The translations under genes and the position numbers were made by a program. From Alphaproteobacteria bacterium (GTDB lineage Bacteria; Pseudomonadota; Alphaproteobacteria; SP197), in NCBI GenBank assembly GCA_964291415.2, contig OZ219920.1, forward strand, positions 1,344,001 through 1,408,000: DNA of 64,000 bases. Reading direction: 5' to 3'. This document shows positions 10,941 to 21,355 of this stretch, in pieces. The notes beneath the pieces were generated by a model. That model saw only the letters and a program-made list of their open reading frames with translations, was not told the origin of the DNA and did no database searches. The stretch's first letter is position 1. The number at the start of each line of letters is the position of its first letter.

Positions 10941-11614
10941 CGCGGCACATCCATCAGAAAGGTGCGGGCAGCCAGCTGTTCCGCCGCCCGCCTGGTTCGT
11001 CCGCTCGCCCGGACGCCGGCAAAACCCTGGACGTGAACTTCCACGGTAATGAGTGGAGCATGGGCCGGGCCGGTCATGTCGAGCACGCGGTATCCGGGCA
11101 GGGCCAGGCCCTGCTTGAGCGCCCATTCCTGGAGGCGGGTCTTGTCGTCACGTGCACTGCCACTCTCCAGACGCATGCGCGTCATCCAGCAGCGATGAAC
11201 AAAGGACTCCGCGGCAGGGTACCCGGCATCGAGATAGAGGGCGCCGATCAACGCCTCGATGACGTCTGCGAGAATCGAGGCGTTGCGTCGCATCCCGCCT
11301 TTTTGTTCGTGAGCACCTACCACAACGAAACGGTCAATCCCCAACTCCAGGGCGATGTCGCCGAGGGTCTGGTTGGCGACCAGTTTCGCGTAGCGCCTGG
11401 AAAGCTCTCCCTCGGTCGCCTTCATGTGGTCGCGGAACACCATGGCGGCGATGATGGCGCCCAGAACGTGGTCACCGAGAAACTCGAGGCGCTGATAGCC
11501 GCGACTGTCGACCGCGCACGCGGCACTGCGGTGGGTCACGGCCTGTCTGAGGAGATTCCTGTCGGTGAAGGCATGCCCGAGAATGGCCTCGAGTTCACCG
11601 GTTTCCGCCCTCAT
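10937..11614 (-). CDS. rnc: Ribonuclease III
   Basis: QRLEFLGD signature, ADVIEALIGA, C-terminal dsRBD (KTRLQEW); ATGA overlap with lepB. Confidence 0.96.
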   Translation of the reverse strand: MRAETGELEAILGHAFTDRNLLRQAVTHRSAACAVDSRGYQRLEFLGDHVLGAIIAAMVFRDHMKATEGELSRRYAKLVANQTLGDIALELGIDRFVVVGAHEQKGGMRRNASILADVIEALIGALYLDAGYPAAESFVHRCWMTRMRLESGSARDDKTRLQEWALKQGLALPGYRVLDMTGPAHAPLITVEVHVQGFAGVRASGRTRRAAEQLAARTFLMDVPR

Positions 11615-12540
11615 GAAATCGACCGGAACAGACGGTCCCAGCGAATCGATCCCGGCCACGACAGGGGATTGATGAGCGAGCCACAGCCATTCGTGGAAAA
11701 GAAGAGGAATTCGGCGCGGCCGATGAGGTTCTCCTTTGGCACGAATCCGACGACATGCGTGACTCTGCTGTCGTTCGAACTGTCGCGATTGTCTCCCATC
11801 ATGAAGTAGTGATCCTGCGGCACCACGTATTCGGGCGTATTGTCGAGCCGTCCGCTGTTCGTGATGTTGAGAACGCTGTGGCGCGTCCCGTTCGGCAGAG
11901 TTTCGGTCTGGCGCTCGATGGGCCTCGACGCAGAACACGAGCGGTCCTCGAAAACGGAGTCCTCTTCGAGGGTGACCGCCATGCCATTGACGTGGAGGAC
12001 GCCGTCGATCATGCGAATGCGATCGCCTGGAAGTCCGACGAGCCGCTTGATGAAGTCCACTGAGGTGTCGGTCGGCTGGCGGAACACGATGACGTCGCCA
12101 CGCTGCGGTTCGCCGTCGAACAGGCGCTCGTCAAGGAGTCCGAGGTCCGTGCCGAACCCCAGGGAGTAGTCGCTGTACCCGTAGGAGAACTTCGAGACAA
12201 ACAGATAGTCCCCGACCAGCAAGGTGGGTTTCATGGAGCCGGAGGGAATGTTGAAGGGTTCGTAGGCGAGCGTGCGCACGGCCAGCGCAATGATGACCGC
12301 ATAGACCATGGTCTTGACGGTGCCAACCATCCCCTCGTCCCCCCTCAGGCCAGCGGGGAGCAGGCGTTCCACGGGACTGAACACCACCTTCAGCAACCAC
12401 TCCACCGGTCTCAGCATGAGGCCGATCAGACTGAACGGCAGCAACAGCACGGCCAGAACGATCCGCAGGACAGACGAGGGCCCCTCTCCGGGGTGAACCC
12501 CCGTCAGCCGGGTCATGACGGCGCGCAACGCAGCCTTCAC
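11611..12540 (-). CDS. lepB: Signal peptidase I with hydrophobic N-terminal extension
   Basis: IPSGSMKPTL (Ser), FIKRLVGLPGD (Lys), GDNRDSSNDSR; start uncertain (GTG 12540 or ATG 12516). Confidence 0.93.
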   Translation of the reverse strand: MKAALRAVMTRLTGVHPGEGPSSVLRIVLAVLLLPFSLIGLMLRPVEWLLKVVFSPVERLLPAGLRGDEGMVGTVKTMVYAVIIALAVRTLAYEPFNIPSGSMKPTLLVGDYLFVSKFSYGYSDYSLGFGTDLGLLDERLFDGEPQRGDVIVFRQPTDTSVDFIKRLVGLPGDRIRMIDGVLHVNGMAVTLEEDSVFEDRSCSASRPIERQTETLPNGTRHSVLNITNSGRLDNTPEYVVPQDHYFMMGDNRDSSNDSRVTHVVGFVPKENLIGRAEFLFFSTNGCGSLINPLSWPGSIRWDRLFRSIS

Positions 12541-12633
12541 CGGTTACATTCCCGGGCGCTGATGGTGGTCGTTCGCGGCGCGTTTGCGCCGGATGGAACT
12601 GACTGTCGCAATGATCCTTGACCCTTGGTTCGT

Positions 12634-14754
12634 TCAGGGAGCCCTGGAAATGTCCATGACAATCGCAATCGACCGCAGGGCGGCGATTATGGATGTCAGG
12701 TGATGGACGTCATGGACCTCAAGGTCAATGAGCATGCCGAAGAAATCGGCGGTACGCGCATTGATCTTCAGGTTGGTGATGTTGGCGTCCTGATTGCCGA
12801 TTGCGGTGGTGATCTCGCCCAGGGCGCCGGGCTGGTTGATGACGTCAACGGCAATGCGCCCGACATAGTGTTCAGGAGCGGCGCCATCGGGCGACCACGA
12901 GACATCGAGCCACTCCTCGACCGAATCCTCGTGCTTTTGCAGGGTGTCGCAGTCGATTGTATGGATGGCGACACCCTTGCCGGATTCGACAATGCCGACG
13001 ATGCGATCGCCGGGAAGAGGATGACAGCACTCGGCATGGTGCACGGTTATTCCGGGGGTGAGACCGTCGATCGAGACAGCATGCTTGCCCGACGACTGGA
13101 AGCGTCGGCGCTTGCGCGATGGCGACCGTTTCGATGTCAGGAGACGGCGAATCCGTTCGCTGGTGATCTCGCCACGTCCCACGGCCTCGAGGAGATCATC
13201 CACGGTGCGCTTGCCGATGGCCTCCGCAAACTTCTCGAGAAGGTCGTCGTCGGCCACGCGACGCAGCGAGGCGCATGTCTGCTGGACGATGGCCCGCCCC
13301 AGCCTGATGTACTCGCCGCGTTCCTTGATGCGGATGTGGCGGCGGATCCTTGAGTGGGCACGGCCGGTGACGACGAATCGCGCCCACAACGGGTTGGGCG
13401 AGGCGTAGCGCGACCGCATGATCTCCACCTGGTCGCCATTCTGCAGAATCGTGTCAAGGCGCTTGGACACGCCATTGATCTTGGCGCCGACACAGGTGTC
13501 CCCGATCCTGGTGTGAATGGCGTAGGCAAAGTCGACGGGAGTCGCGTTGCGCGGCAATTCGTGGATTTCGCCCATGGGGGTGAAACAGTACACCCTGTCC
13601 TGGAAGAGCTGCAGTTTGGTGTTCTTGATGAATTCCTCGGGATCCGACGTGCTGTCGATGGAATCCAGCAACTGGCGTACCCACTGGTACTGGCTGCCCT
13701 CGCTTGCCGAGGCACGGTCCTCGCCGGCCGTGTAGCTCCAGTGGGCGGCGACTCCATACTCGGCGACCTCGTCCATCTCCTGGGTCCGTATCTGGATCTC
13801 GAGACGCTTGCCCTCGGGCCCGTGCACCGTCGTATGGATGGAACGGTAGCCATTGGGTTTCGGCGTCGAGATGTAGTCCTTGAAGCGATCGGGAATCATC
13901 GGCCAGACACCGTGAATGACGCCGAGCGCCGCATAGCAGTCTGGAACCCGTGAGACCACCACCCGGAAGGCGACGATATCCGAAAGCTGATCGAAGGAGA
14001 CATTCTTGCGCTGCATCTTGCGCCAGATGGCATGCGGTTTCTTCTCGCGACCGTCGACCCTGGCCGTGAGGCCGCCCTTCTTGAGGACGCCCTTGAGATG
14101 GCATTCGATCTTCGCAAGGTTGGAGTCCGGCCGCAGGAAGCGCAGGCGTTCCAGGATGGAGTTGCGGGCGTCCTCGTTGATATGGCTGAAGGCGAGATCC
14201 TCAAGTTCTTCCTTGAGCCATTGCATGCCGATCCGTTCGGCCATGGGAACGTAGATCTCCATGGTCTCGCGGGCGATACGCAAGCGCTTGTCCTCGCGCC
14301 GCACGTGGTGCAGCGTACGCATGTTGTGGAGCCGGTCCGCGAGCTTGATCAGGAGGACACGAAGGTCCTCCGACATGGCCAGAAACAGCTTGGCGTAGTT
14401 GCCCATGGTGCGCTGGCCTTCCTCGGCCTGGCTCTCGAGGAGCGAAAGCTTGGTGACACCGTCAACCAACTGGGCAATCTGGGGTCCGAACTTGCCGGAT
14501 ATCTCGTCGAGCGTGGTGTCGGTGTCCTCGACGGTATCGTGCAACAGGCCTGTGATGATGGACTCGCTGTCCAGCTTCATGTCGGCGAGGATGCCGGCGA
14601 CCTCAACGGGGTGGGAAAAGTAGGGATCGCCTGAGTCACGTGTCTGGGAACCGTGCTTGACCATGGCGAATACGTAAGCACTGTTGAGAGCCGCCTCGTC
14701 GACGCCTGCGTCGTAGCTCCTGACCCGTTCAACCAGTTCAAACTGCCGGAGCAT
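12634..14754 (-). CDS. spoT: Bifunctional (p)ppGpp synthetase/hydrolase (RelA/SpoT homolog)
   Basis: LLHDTVED, KLADRLHNMRTL, KPNGYRSIHT, EIQIRT, TGS and ACT regions; follows rpoZ. Confidence 0.96.
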   Translation of the reverse strand: MLRQFELVERVRSYDAGVDEAALNSAYVFAMVKHGSQTRDSGDPYFSHPVEVAGILADMKLDSESIITGLLHDTVEDTDTTLDEISGKFGPQIAQLVDGVTKLSLLESQAEEGQRTMGNYAKLFLAMSEDLRVLLIKLADRLHNMRTLHHVRREDKRLRIARETMEIYVPMAERIGMQWLKEELEDLAFSHINEDARNSILERLRFLRPDSNLAKIECHLKGVLKKGGLTARVDGREKKPHAIWRKMQRKNVSFDQLSDIVAFRVVVSRVPDCYAALGVIHGVWPMIPDRFKDYISTPKPNGYRSIHTTVHGPEGKRLEIQIRTQEMDEVAEYGVAAHWSYTAGEDRASASEGSQYQWVRQLLDSIDSTSDPEEFIKNTKLQLFQDRVYCFTPMGEIHELPRNATPVDFAYAIHTRIGDTCVGAKINGVSKRLDTILQNGDQVEIMRSRYASPNPLWARFVVTGRAHSRIRRHIRIKERGEYIRLGRAIVQQTCASLRRVADDDLLEKFAEAIGKRTVDDLLEAVGRGEITSERIRRLLTSKRSPSRKRRRFQSSGKHAVSIDGLTPGITVHHAECCHPLPGDRIVGIVESGKGVAIHTIDCDTLQKHEDSVEEWLDVSWSPDGAAPEHYVGRIAVDVINQPGALGEITTAIGNQDANITNLKINARTADFFGMLIDLEVHDVHHLTSIIAALRSIAIVMDISRAP

Positions 14755-14773
14755 CGTCCGGACTCACATTCTG

Positions 14774-15139
14774 CTAACGGGTGGATCCGTCTTCGATGCC
14801 GGTGCCCCAGGCTTCGTTGTGCTGATCGCTGTCGAGGTCGAGATTGGCAAACGCCCGATCCAGTGGATTGTCCGCCGCCAGGCCGAGTTCCTCGACATTG
14901 TCAGCGTTCTCGTCCTCTTCGGTTTCGCTGCCATAGACGAGCTTGCGGCGCACCGCATCCAGCGAAATCGTGTCGTCGGCGATCTCGCGCAGGGCGATGA
15001 CAGGATGCTTGTCGTTGTCCCTGTCGACAGTCAGTTCCGCGCCCTTGCCCAAATCGCGGGCCCGCTGGGCAGCCAGGAGAACCAGTTCGAAACGGTTGCT
15101 CACGCGTTCGACACAGTCTTCAACAGTCAATCGGGCCAT
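14774..15139 (-). CDS. rpoZ: RNA polymerase omega subunit
   Basis: [37 protein letters not shown], acidic tail. Confidence 0.97.
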   Translation of the reverse strand: MARLTVEDCVERVSNRFELVLLAAQRARDLGKGAELTVDRDNDKHPVIALREIADDTISLDAVRRKLVYGSETEEDENADNVEELGLAADNPLDRAFANLDLDSDQHNEAWGTGIEDGSTR

Positions 15140-15195
15140 TCATCACCTCGATCTTGGGAGCCGGAGCAGGGTCTGAAAATGCCAGCATCGCGTCC

Positions 15196-15741
15196 TCATG
15201 ACAAGCCCCGACGGGAGTCGGGGGCAAGACGCTCGATATCGCCCTCGTGCCTGGGGAGCGCCCGGATGAGACAATCGATGGACTGTCCGGTCACCGGATG
15301 TCTCCACGCCGGCGCCACATCGTTGAGTGGCAGCAGTACGAAGAGCCTCTCGACCGCACCGGGATGGGGCAGCACGAGAGGCGGGCCGGTTCTCTCAAGA
15401 CCCCGGTAGTCGATGAGGTCGAGATCCACCGTGCGCGATTCCCAGCGCCGGCGACGCTGGCGGCCGAGACCCTCCTCGATGCCGTGCAGGAGTTCGAGCA
15501 GGGACTCCGGATCGAGCTCCGTGGCGACCTCGGCGACCCCGTTGACGTACCGGGGTTGATCACGGCCACCCAAGGGTCGCGTTTCGTACCAGGGCGATAC
15601 GTCAAGGACGTCCACACCGGCACCGCGGATTCGCGCCAGCGCCTCCTCGAGCGTACGCCGAGGTGGTCCAACCGCCGAAGCAAGGTTGGCCCCCAGTGCC
15701 ACGTATATGCCGCCCTGGAGGCGGGAGGAGATTGCCGACAT
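15196..15741 (-). CDS. folK: 2-amino-4-hydroxy-6-hydroxymethyldihydropteridine diphosphokinase
   Basis: YVALGANL, SPWYET, YVNGV, RWESRTVDLDL, LPHP..ERLFVL; start approximate (15741 or 15756). Confidence 0.93.
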   Translation of the reverse strand: MSAISSRLQGGIYVALGANLASAVGPPRRTLEEALARIRGAGVDVLDVSPWYETRPLGGRDQPRYVNGVAEVATELDPESLLELLHGIEEGLGRQRRRRWESRTVDLDLIDYRGLERTGPPLVLPHPGAVERLFVLLPLNDVAPAWRHPVTGQSIDCLIRALPRHEGDIERLAPDSRRGLS

Positions 15742-15838
15742 TTGCGGATGCTTCATATAGAGTGCCTCGGGGCACCTGCAACCCTTTGCCATGCGACGAA
15801 GGGTTGCAGGTGCCGCCTCACAGTGACGAGACGCCTTG

Positions 15839-16480
15839 ATGACCGCCGGCGAGCCCCTTCCCGACTGCCCCCTGTGCCCGCGCCTCATGACCTTTCGCCA
15901 CACCTGGCGGGAGAGGGAACCGGGCTGGTTCAATGCCCCTGTTCCCGCATTCGGACCCCGGGATGCCCGTCTTCTGGTGGTGGGACTCGCTCCGGGCCTG
16001 AGGGGCGCCAACGCAACCGGACGTCCCTTCACGGGTGACGGTGCAGGAGATTTCCTTTACCCGGCACTGATCGAGGCAGGCTACGCCAGGGGCAGCTATG
16101 GCGCCCGCCCGGATGACGGCCTGGAGCTGGTGGACTGCCGGATCACCAATGCGGTGAAATGCGTCCCTCCCGGGAACAGACCGCTGGCTGCCGAAATCCG
16201 GTCCTGCAGCACCTTCCTGTCCCGCGAACTGAAGTCTCTGCCGCACCTTGATACCGTACTCGCCCTCGGTGGTCTCGCTCACCAGGCCATCCTCGATGCC
16301 GTCGGTGCCAGGCGCTCCGCCTTCCCGTTCGCTCACGGCGCTGTCCATGACCCGGCCGATGGCCTCCTCCTCGTCGACAGCTACCACTGCTCGCGGCTGA
16401 ACACCAACACCGGCCGCCTGACATGGAAGATGTTCACACGCATCTTCACCACGATCGCCGAGAGGCACGCGGCAGGCTGA
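15839..16480 (+). CDS. Uracil-DNA glycosylase family 5 (UdgB-like, Fe-S)
   Basis: CPLCPRL, GLAPGLRGANATGRPFTGD, NAVKCVPP, SYHCSRLNTNTG. Confidence 0.92.
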   Translation: MTAGEPLPDCPLCPRLMTFRHTWREREPGWFNAPVPAFGPRDARLLVVGLAPGLRGANATGRPFTGDGAGDFLYPALIEAGYARGSYGARPDDGLELVDCRITNAVKCVPPGNRPLAAEIRSCSTFLSRELKSLPHLDTVLALGGLAHQAILDAVGARRSAFPFAHGAVHDPADGLLLVDSYHCSRLNTNTGRLTWKMFTRIFTTIAERHAAG

Positions 16481-17330
16481 CGACGATGGCCGCAAGGATC
16501 GCGATCGCGCCCGCCGCGGCTTGCCAGTGCAGCGTCTCGCCGAACAGCAACCAGCCGGTGAGAAGTACGGTGACCAGTTCGGCCGATCCGGCCACGGCGG
16601 AACGACCGCTTCCTGCCATCGCGGTGCCGGCCACCACCAGGCAGGTTGCCAGGATCCCGGTGCCCAGACCCACCCAGCCAAGGGATATCCAGCCATTCGT
16701 CGAAGCCGGCCAGGAGAGCGAGGCATCCGACACGAGGTGCCAGACCAGGGTCACGACGCAGGCAGCCATGCTGACGACAAGGGTGCGCCACAGGACATGG
16801 CCATCCGCCGCGCCCAGGCAGGCGAGATAGAGCCCGTAGCCCAACGGCGCGCCGAACGTGATCAGCACGGCGCCAAGCGGTGTCGCTTCAAGATTGCCGG
16901 GGGTGACGATGAGTCCCGCCGCGCCCAGAACCAGGGCGATGGCCAGGATCGTGCGCCACTCCAGGCCGGCCCGGAACAGGAGGCTTGCCAGAACGAGCGT
17001 AAAAGCAGGGTAGGTGTAGAAGACGAGAATGGTGGTCGCGGCCGGCAGCCGCGCGTAACCCTCGAAGAGAAAGATCGTGGCGGCCCCGATACCGAGACCA
17101 GCGAAGAAGGGTGCGCTCAAGGCGCCCCCGGGGCATCGCTGCCAGGCCACGATGGCTCCGAGAACCACGACGGAAACGCCAAACCTCACCAGGAGTGATG
17201 ACGTCGAGCCAACTCCCTCATCCCTCAGGATCTCCAGGGGCAGCGGAAGCAGTCCGTAACAGACCGCCCCGGCAGCGACCAGGAGCACACCCGCCACCAT
17301 GGCCGGCCGGTTTGCCTCGTTGACGCTCAC
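16446..17330 (-). CDS. DMT/EamA family transporter
   Basis: About 10 hydrophobic segments in two repeats; LVFYTYPAF and LLFGE motifs. Confidence 0.85.
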   Translation of the reverse strand: MSVNEANRPAMVAGVLLVAAGAVCYGLLPLPLEILRDEGVGSTSSLLVRFGVSVVVLGAIVAWQRCPGGALSAPFFAGLGIGAATIFLFEGYARLPAATTILVFYTYPAFTLVLASLLFRAGLEWRTILAIALVLGAAGLIVTPGNLEATPLGAVLITFGAPLGYGLYLACLGAADGHVLWRTLVVSMAACVVTLVWHLVSDASLSWPASTNGWISLGWVGLGTGILATCLVVAGTAMAGSGRSAVAGSAELVTVLLTGWLLFGETLHWQAAAGAIAILAAIVVSLPRASRRSW

Positions 17331-17387
17331 GCATGAACTCCTTTATGCAGGCGACCCGACGATGGCACTTGAGGAAAGGCAACGATC

Positions 17388-17855
17388 ATGGCTGGGAAGA
17401 TCGAAGCACGTCTCGCCGAACTCGGCATCAGGCTTCCCGAAGCCGCCGCTCCCGCGGCGAATTATGTGCCCTGGGCCGTGACTGGCAACCTGGTCTTCGT
17501 GGCCGGGCAGATCACCCTTGCCGATGGCGTGCTGAAACACCAGGGCAAGCTCGGCGCGGACATCACCCTGGAGGAGGGCTACGCAGCCGCCCGCCTGTGC
17601 GGCCTCAATGTCATCGCCCAGCTCAAGGCTGCCTGTGGCGGTGATCTCGACCGGGTCGTCAGAATTGTGAGACTTGGCGGATTCGTGAACGCCTCGGGGG
17701 ACTTTCATGACCATCCGAAGGTCATCAACGGCGCCAGCGATCTCATGGTCGAGGTGTTCGGCGACAAGGGTCACCACGCGAGGGCTGCGGTGGGGTGCGC
17801 GTCACTGCCGCTCAATGTCGCGACCGAGGTTGAAGCCGTGGCCGAAATCGCCTGA
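17388..17855 (+). CDS. RidA/YjgF family protein (single domain, Arg-containing)
   Basis: PAANYVP, VFVAGQ, HPKVINGASDL, HARAAVG, EVEA; GAGGA SD. Confidence 0.92.
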   Translation: MAGKIEARLAELGIRLPEAAAPAANYVPWAVTGNLVFVAGQITLADGVLKHQGKLGADITLEEGYAAARLCGLNVIAQLKAACGGDLDRVVRIVRLGGFVNASGDFHDHPKVINGASDLMVEVFGDKGHHARAAVGCASLPLNVATEVEAVAEIA

Positions 17856-17859
17856 TCCG

Positions 17860-19482
17860 ATGAATGGCGGCGAGGCGCTTGTCGCCACCCTTCTTGAACA
17901 CGATGTCACAACGGCATTCTGCGTTCCCGGAGAAAGCTATCTCGCCGTTCTCGAGGCGTTGCGCCGCCACGGCAACGCCATACGCCTCGTCACCCATCGC
18001 CACGAATCGGGGGCGGCCTTCGCCGCCAACGGCTACGCCAAGATCTCGAGGCGCCCCGGCATTGCCCTGGTAAGCCGCGGTCCGGGCGCGACCAATGCCG
18101 CCATCGGCATTCACACGGCCGCCCAGGACAGCGTGCCGGTGGTTCTCTTCGTCGGTCAGGTGCCGACCCACGAGATCGGCCACGAGGCGTTTCAGGAGAT
18201 CGACTACGCCTCCTTCTACGGCACCGTCGCCAAGTCGGTGATCGAACCGGCCAGCGCCACGGACGTGGCAGACGCCACGGCACGTGCCCTCACGGTCGCC
18301 ACCACGGGCAGACCGGGTCCGGTGGTCGTGGTGCTTCCCGAGGACGTCACCCTTGGCGATGCCGAAACCCCCGTCATTCCGGGACCGACTGCCGGATTCG
18401 CCACCAGGGCATCGGCGGATGAATTCGAGCGTGCCGCATCGATGATCGAAGGAGTCGACCGCGTCCTCGTTCTGGCAGGCGAGATGGTGCGCCATGAAGC
18501 GGCCCACGACCAGCTCGACCGCCTGGCACGGCGGTCCGGCGCTGCGGTGGTCTCGGCATTTCGCTGCCAGGACTGCCTCTCCAACGACCATGAGGCCTAT
18601 GCGGGGTCGTTTGCCACTGGCCGCGCAGCGTTCCTCGACGAAGCCTGGGACGAGGCGGACCTCGTAGTGGTCGCCGGCGCCAGGTTCGACGCCATCAGCT
18701 CAGCCGACTTCCACTTCAGAGACGGACCGAAGCCCCTCGTCGTCATCCACCCGGACGCTGCCACCGTCGCCGCCCTTCGTCCCCGCCTTGGTCTGGTTTC
18801 GGATGTCGGGCCGGCTCTCGATGCCATCGCCAGCCGGCTCGCCGAACCGACCCCTGACCGGCTCGCATGGCGGGACGACCTGAGACGTGCGTGGACTCGA
18901 TTCCAGCAGGCAGCGCCGGCAGCCAGGGGACTCGTCGACATGACGGCAGTCGTCCGACACGTCAACCGGCAGCTCGAATCACGGGACCACGTCATCACCA
19001 ACGACGCCGGCAACTTCTCGACCTGGGTGCAGCGCCACTTCCGCTACCGGCTGCCGGCAAGCCAGGCCGGACCCATGTCGGGCGCCATGGGCTACGGTGT
19101 CCCGGCCGCCATTGGCGCGGCGCTCGCCCGGCCCGGCGCACGGGTTGTGGCCTTTGCCGGCGATGGCGGTTTCATGATGACCGGCCAGGAACTCACCATC
19201 GCCGTCGAAAATGGCCTCAAGGTCATCGCCGTTGTCTGCGACAACGGACACTACGGCACCATCCTGATGCACCAGCAACGCTATGCCGGACCGCGGAACA
19301 CCATCGCCGTGGCTCTTGACAGCCCGGATTTCCGGGCCATCGGCGCGGCCTACGGGGCGACTTCCTGGCGTGTCGAGCGCACCGAGGAGTTCGCGCCTGC
19401 CTTCGATGAGGCCCTCGGCCTCGACGGCCCTGCCCTCATCCATGTCGTCACCGACATCCGGGACCTCTCCGCCGGCGACTGA
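17860..19482 (+). CDS. Thiamine pyrophosphate-dependent enzyme (acetolactate synthase-like, probably catabolic)
   Basis: Start re-picked at MNGGEALV; VPGESYL, RHESGA, RGPGATN, GAMGYG, GDGGF...DN TPP motif. Confidence 0.88.
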   Translation: MNGGEALVATLLEHDVTTAFCVPGESYLAVLEALRRHGNAIRLVTHRHESGAAFAANGYAKISRRPGIALVSRGPGATNAAIGIHTAAQDSVPVVLFVGQVPTHEIGHEAFQEIDYASFYGTVAKSVIEPASATDVADATARALTVATTGRPGPVVVVLPEDVTLGDAETPVIPGPTAGFATRASADEFERAASMIEGVDRVLVLAGEMVRHEAAHDQLDRLARRSGAAVVSAFRCQDCLSNDHEAYAGSFATGRAAFLDEAWDEADLVVVAGARFDAISSADFHFRDGPKPLVVIHPDAATVAALRPRLGLVSDVGPALDAIASRLAEPTPDRLAWRDDLRRAWTRFQQAAPAARGLVDMTAVVRHVNRQLESRDHVITNDAGNFSTWVQRHFRYRLPASQAGPMSGAMGYGVPAAIGAALARPGARVVAFAGDGGFMMTGQELTIAVENGLKVIAVVCDNGHYGTILMHQQRYAGPRNTIAVALDSPDFRAIGAAYGATSWRVERTEEFAPAFDEALGLDGPALIHVVTDIRDLSAGD

Positions 19483-19489
19483 ACCGGGT

Positions 19490-21355
19490 TCAGGTGCCTT
19501 CGGTTGTCGGTATCAGGCCGCCCGCATCGCCGATATCGTCAAAGCTGGCGTAGTTCATGCGATAGAGAATGCTGTAGAGACCGCCGGAAGCCATGAGGTC
19601 GTCGTGGGGGCCTTCCTCGACGATGCGACCGTCCTGCAGCACGATGATGCGGTCCGCTCCCCTGATGGTGGTCAGGCGGTGAGCGATCACCAGGGCCGTG
19701 CGTCCCTCAAGAAGCCGGGCGAGGGCCTGCTGGATCTTCAGTTCCGTGTAGCTGTCGACGTTTGCGGTTGCCTCGTCCAGCACGAGAATGGGCGCATCGG
19801 CCACCAGGGCCCGGGCAAAGCTCAGCAGCTGGCGTTCGCCGAGCGACAGGGTCACCGCACCCTGATCCAGCAGGGTGTCGTATCCCTTCGGCAGATTCAT
19901 GATGAAGTCGTGGGCTCCGACCGCACGCGCCGCTTCCGCCACCAGGTGGCGGCTGGCGTCGGCCCTGTTGTAGCGGATGTTCTCGTACACCGTCCCCGTG
20001 AAGAGATAGGGTTCCTGCAGGACCATGGCCACGTGGCGGCCGAGAGACTCCTGGGTGACATCACGGACATCGTGACCGCCAACCCTGACGGATCCCTCCC
20101 AGACATCGTAGAAGCGGTGAATCAGCGCCATGGCGCTGGTCTTTCCCGAACCGGTGGGTCCGACCAGGGCGACGGTCTCCCCGTCCTTCACCCGGAAGCT
20201 CACGTCCCTGAGGACCGGCTGATCCTCGACGTATCCGAAGGTGACATTCGCGAAGTCGACGGCGCCGTTGTTGCGGTCGAGTTCGATGGCGTCCCGTCGG
20301 TCACGCACGTCCACGTCCACATCAAGGACCTCGAAGATACGCTGACCGGCCGCCATGGCACGTTGCATGATGCTGTACTGGATGGAGAGCGACCGAATGG
20401 GATCGAAGAAGCGCTGCACGTAGAAGAGGAAAGCGACCATGACGCCAATGTCGAGGCTGTTGTCCAGCACCAGTCGCCCGCCGACGATGACGACGATCGC
20501 CATGGCGCAGCCGGTCAGAAGGTCGACCACGGGGATCAGGACATTGGCAAAGCGTGACGCTCTCAAGTGGGCATTGCGATTGTCGGCCGCCATCTCCTCG
20601 AAGAGGTCAAGATTGACGCCTTCGCGGCCGAGCTCCTGTATGGCCCGGATGCCATGGACATTTTCTGCCAGCGCGGCGTTGACGGCGCTGCTGGTTTCGC
20701 GGGCATGCAGGAACGCCCGGCGGGCCATGGGAAGCCAGACCATGCGGACGACGATCAGGACCGGCAGGACGGCGAGCGTCAGGGAAGCAAGCCGGACATC
20801 GAGGACGAGAAGAACCAAAATGATGCCCACAAGGAGGACCAGGTCGCCGATAGCGAAGATCGAGGACTCGAGGAACTCCTGGAGAGCGTAGACGTCTCCC
20901 TGCAGGCGCGACATCAGTCGGCCGACTTCCGTCTGGTCCATGAACCCCAGGGACACCACCTGCAGGTGGGCATACATGGCTCGGCGCAGGTCGAACAGCA
21001 GGTGCCCTGCGATACGCCCGACAATGCTCTCGAGAAGGAACATTGAAACGTAGTTGACGACGACAACGCTGAAGAACACACCCATGATGACGACAAGGAG
21101 GACGCGGGCACCGTCGCCTGCCGTCAGCGCATCGTCGATCGCCCAGCGTATGACGAGCGGCACCATGAGTTGCGTGGCAATGAAGAAGAGGACGGCGATC
21201 ACCGCGAGGGCGATCCGCGCGCGATAGGGAGCCAGGTGCAACAGGAAACGCGCAATCACCCAGCGATCGAAGGCACGGCCGAAGAGTTCCTCGTCGCGCG
21301 ACACCTGAGCGCCGACGACGGCAAGAGCAGGTTTCCGACTGGCCGTCACCATCAT
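19490..21355 (-). CDS. ABC exporter, fused TMD-NBD (half with consensus Walker B)
   Basis: GPTGSGKT, LSLGERQ, LVLDEAT, IAHRL; six-TM N-terminal domain. Confidence 0.92.
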   Translation of the reverse strand: MMVTASRKPALAVVGAQVSRDEELFGRAFDRWVIARFLLHLAPYRARIALAVIAVLFFIATQLMVPLVIRWAIDDALTAGDGARVLLVVIMGVFFSVVVVNYVSMFLLESIVGRIAGHLLFDLRRAMYAHLQVVSLGFMDQTEVGRLMSRLQGDVYALQEFLESSIFAIGDLVLLVGIILVLLVLDVRLASLTLAVLPVLIVVRMVWLPMARRAFLHARETSSAVNAALAENVHGIRAIQELGREGVNLDLFEEMAADNRNAHLRASRFANVLIPVVDLLTGCAMAIVVIVGGRLVLDNSLDIGVMVAFLFYVQRFFDPIRSLSIQYSIMQRAMAAGQRIFEVLDVDVDVRDRRDAIELDRNNGAVDFANVTFGYVEDQPVLRDVSFRVKDGETVALVGPTGSGKTSAMALIHRFYDVWEGSVRVGGHDVRDVTQESLGRHVAMVLQEPYLFTGTVYENIRYNRADASRHLVAEAARAVGAHDFIMNLPKGYDTLLDQGAVTLSLGERQLLSFARALVADAPILVLDEATANVDSYTELKIQQALARLLEGRTALVIAHRLTTIRGADRIIVLQDGRIVEEGPHDDLMASGGLYSILYRMNYASFDDIGDAGGLIPTTEGT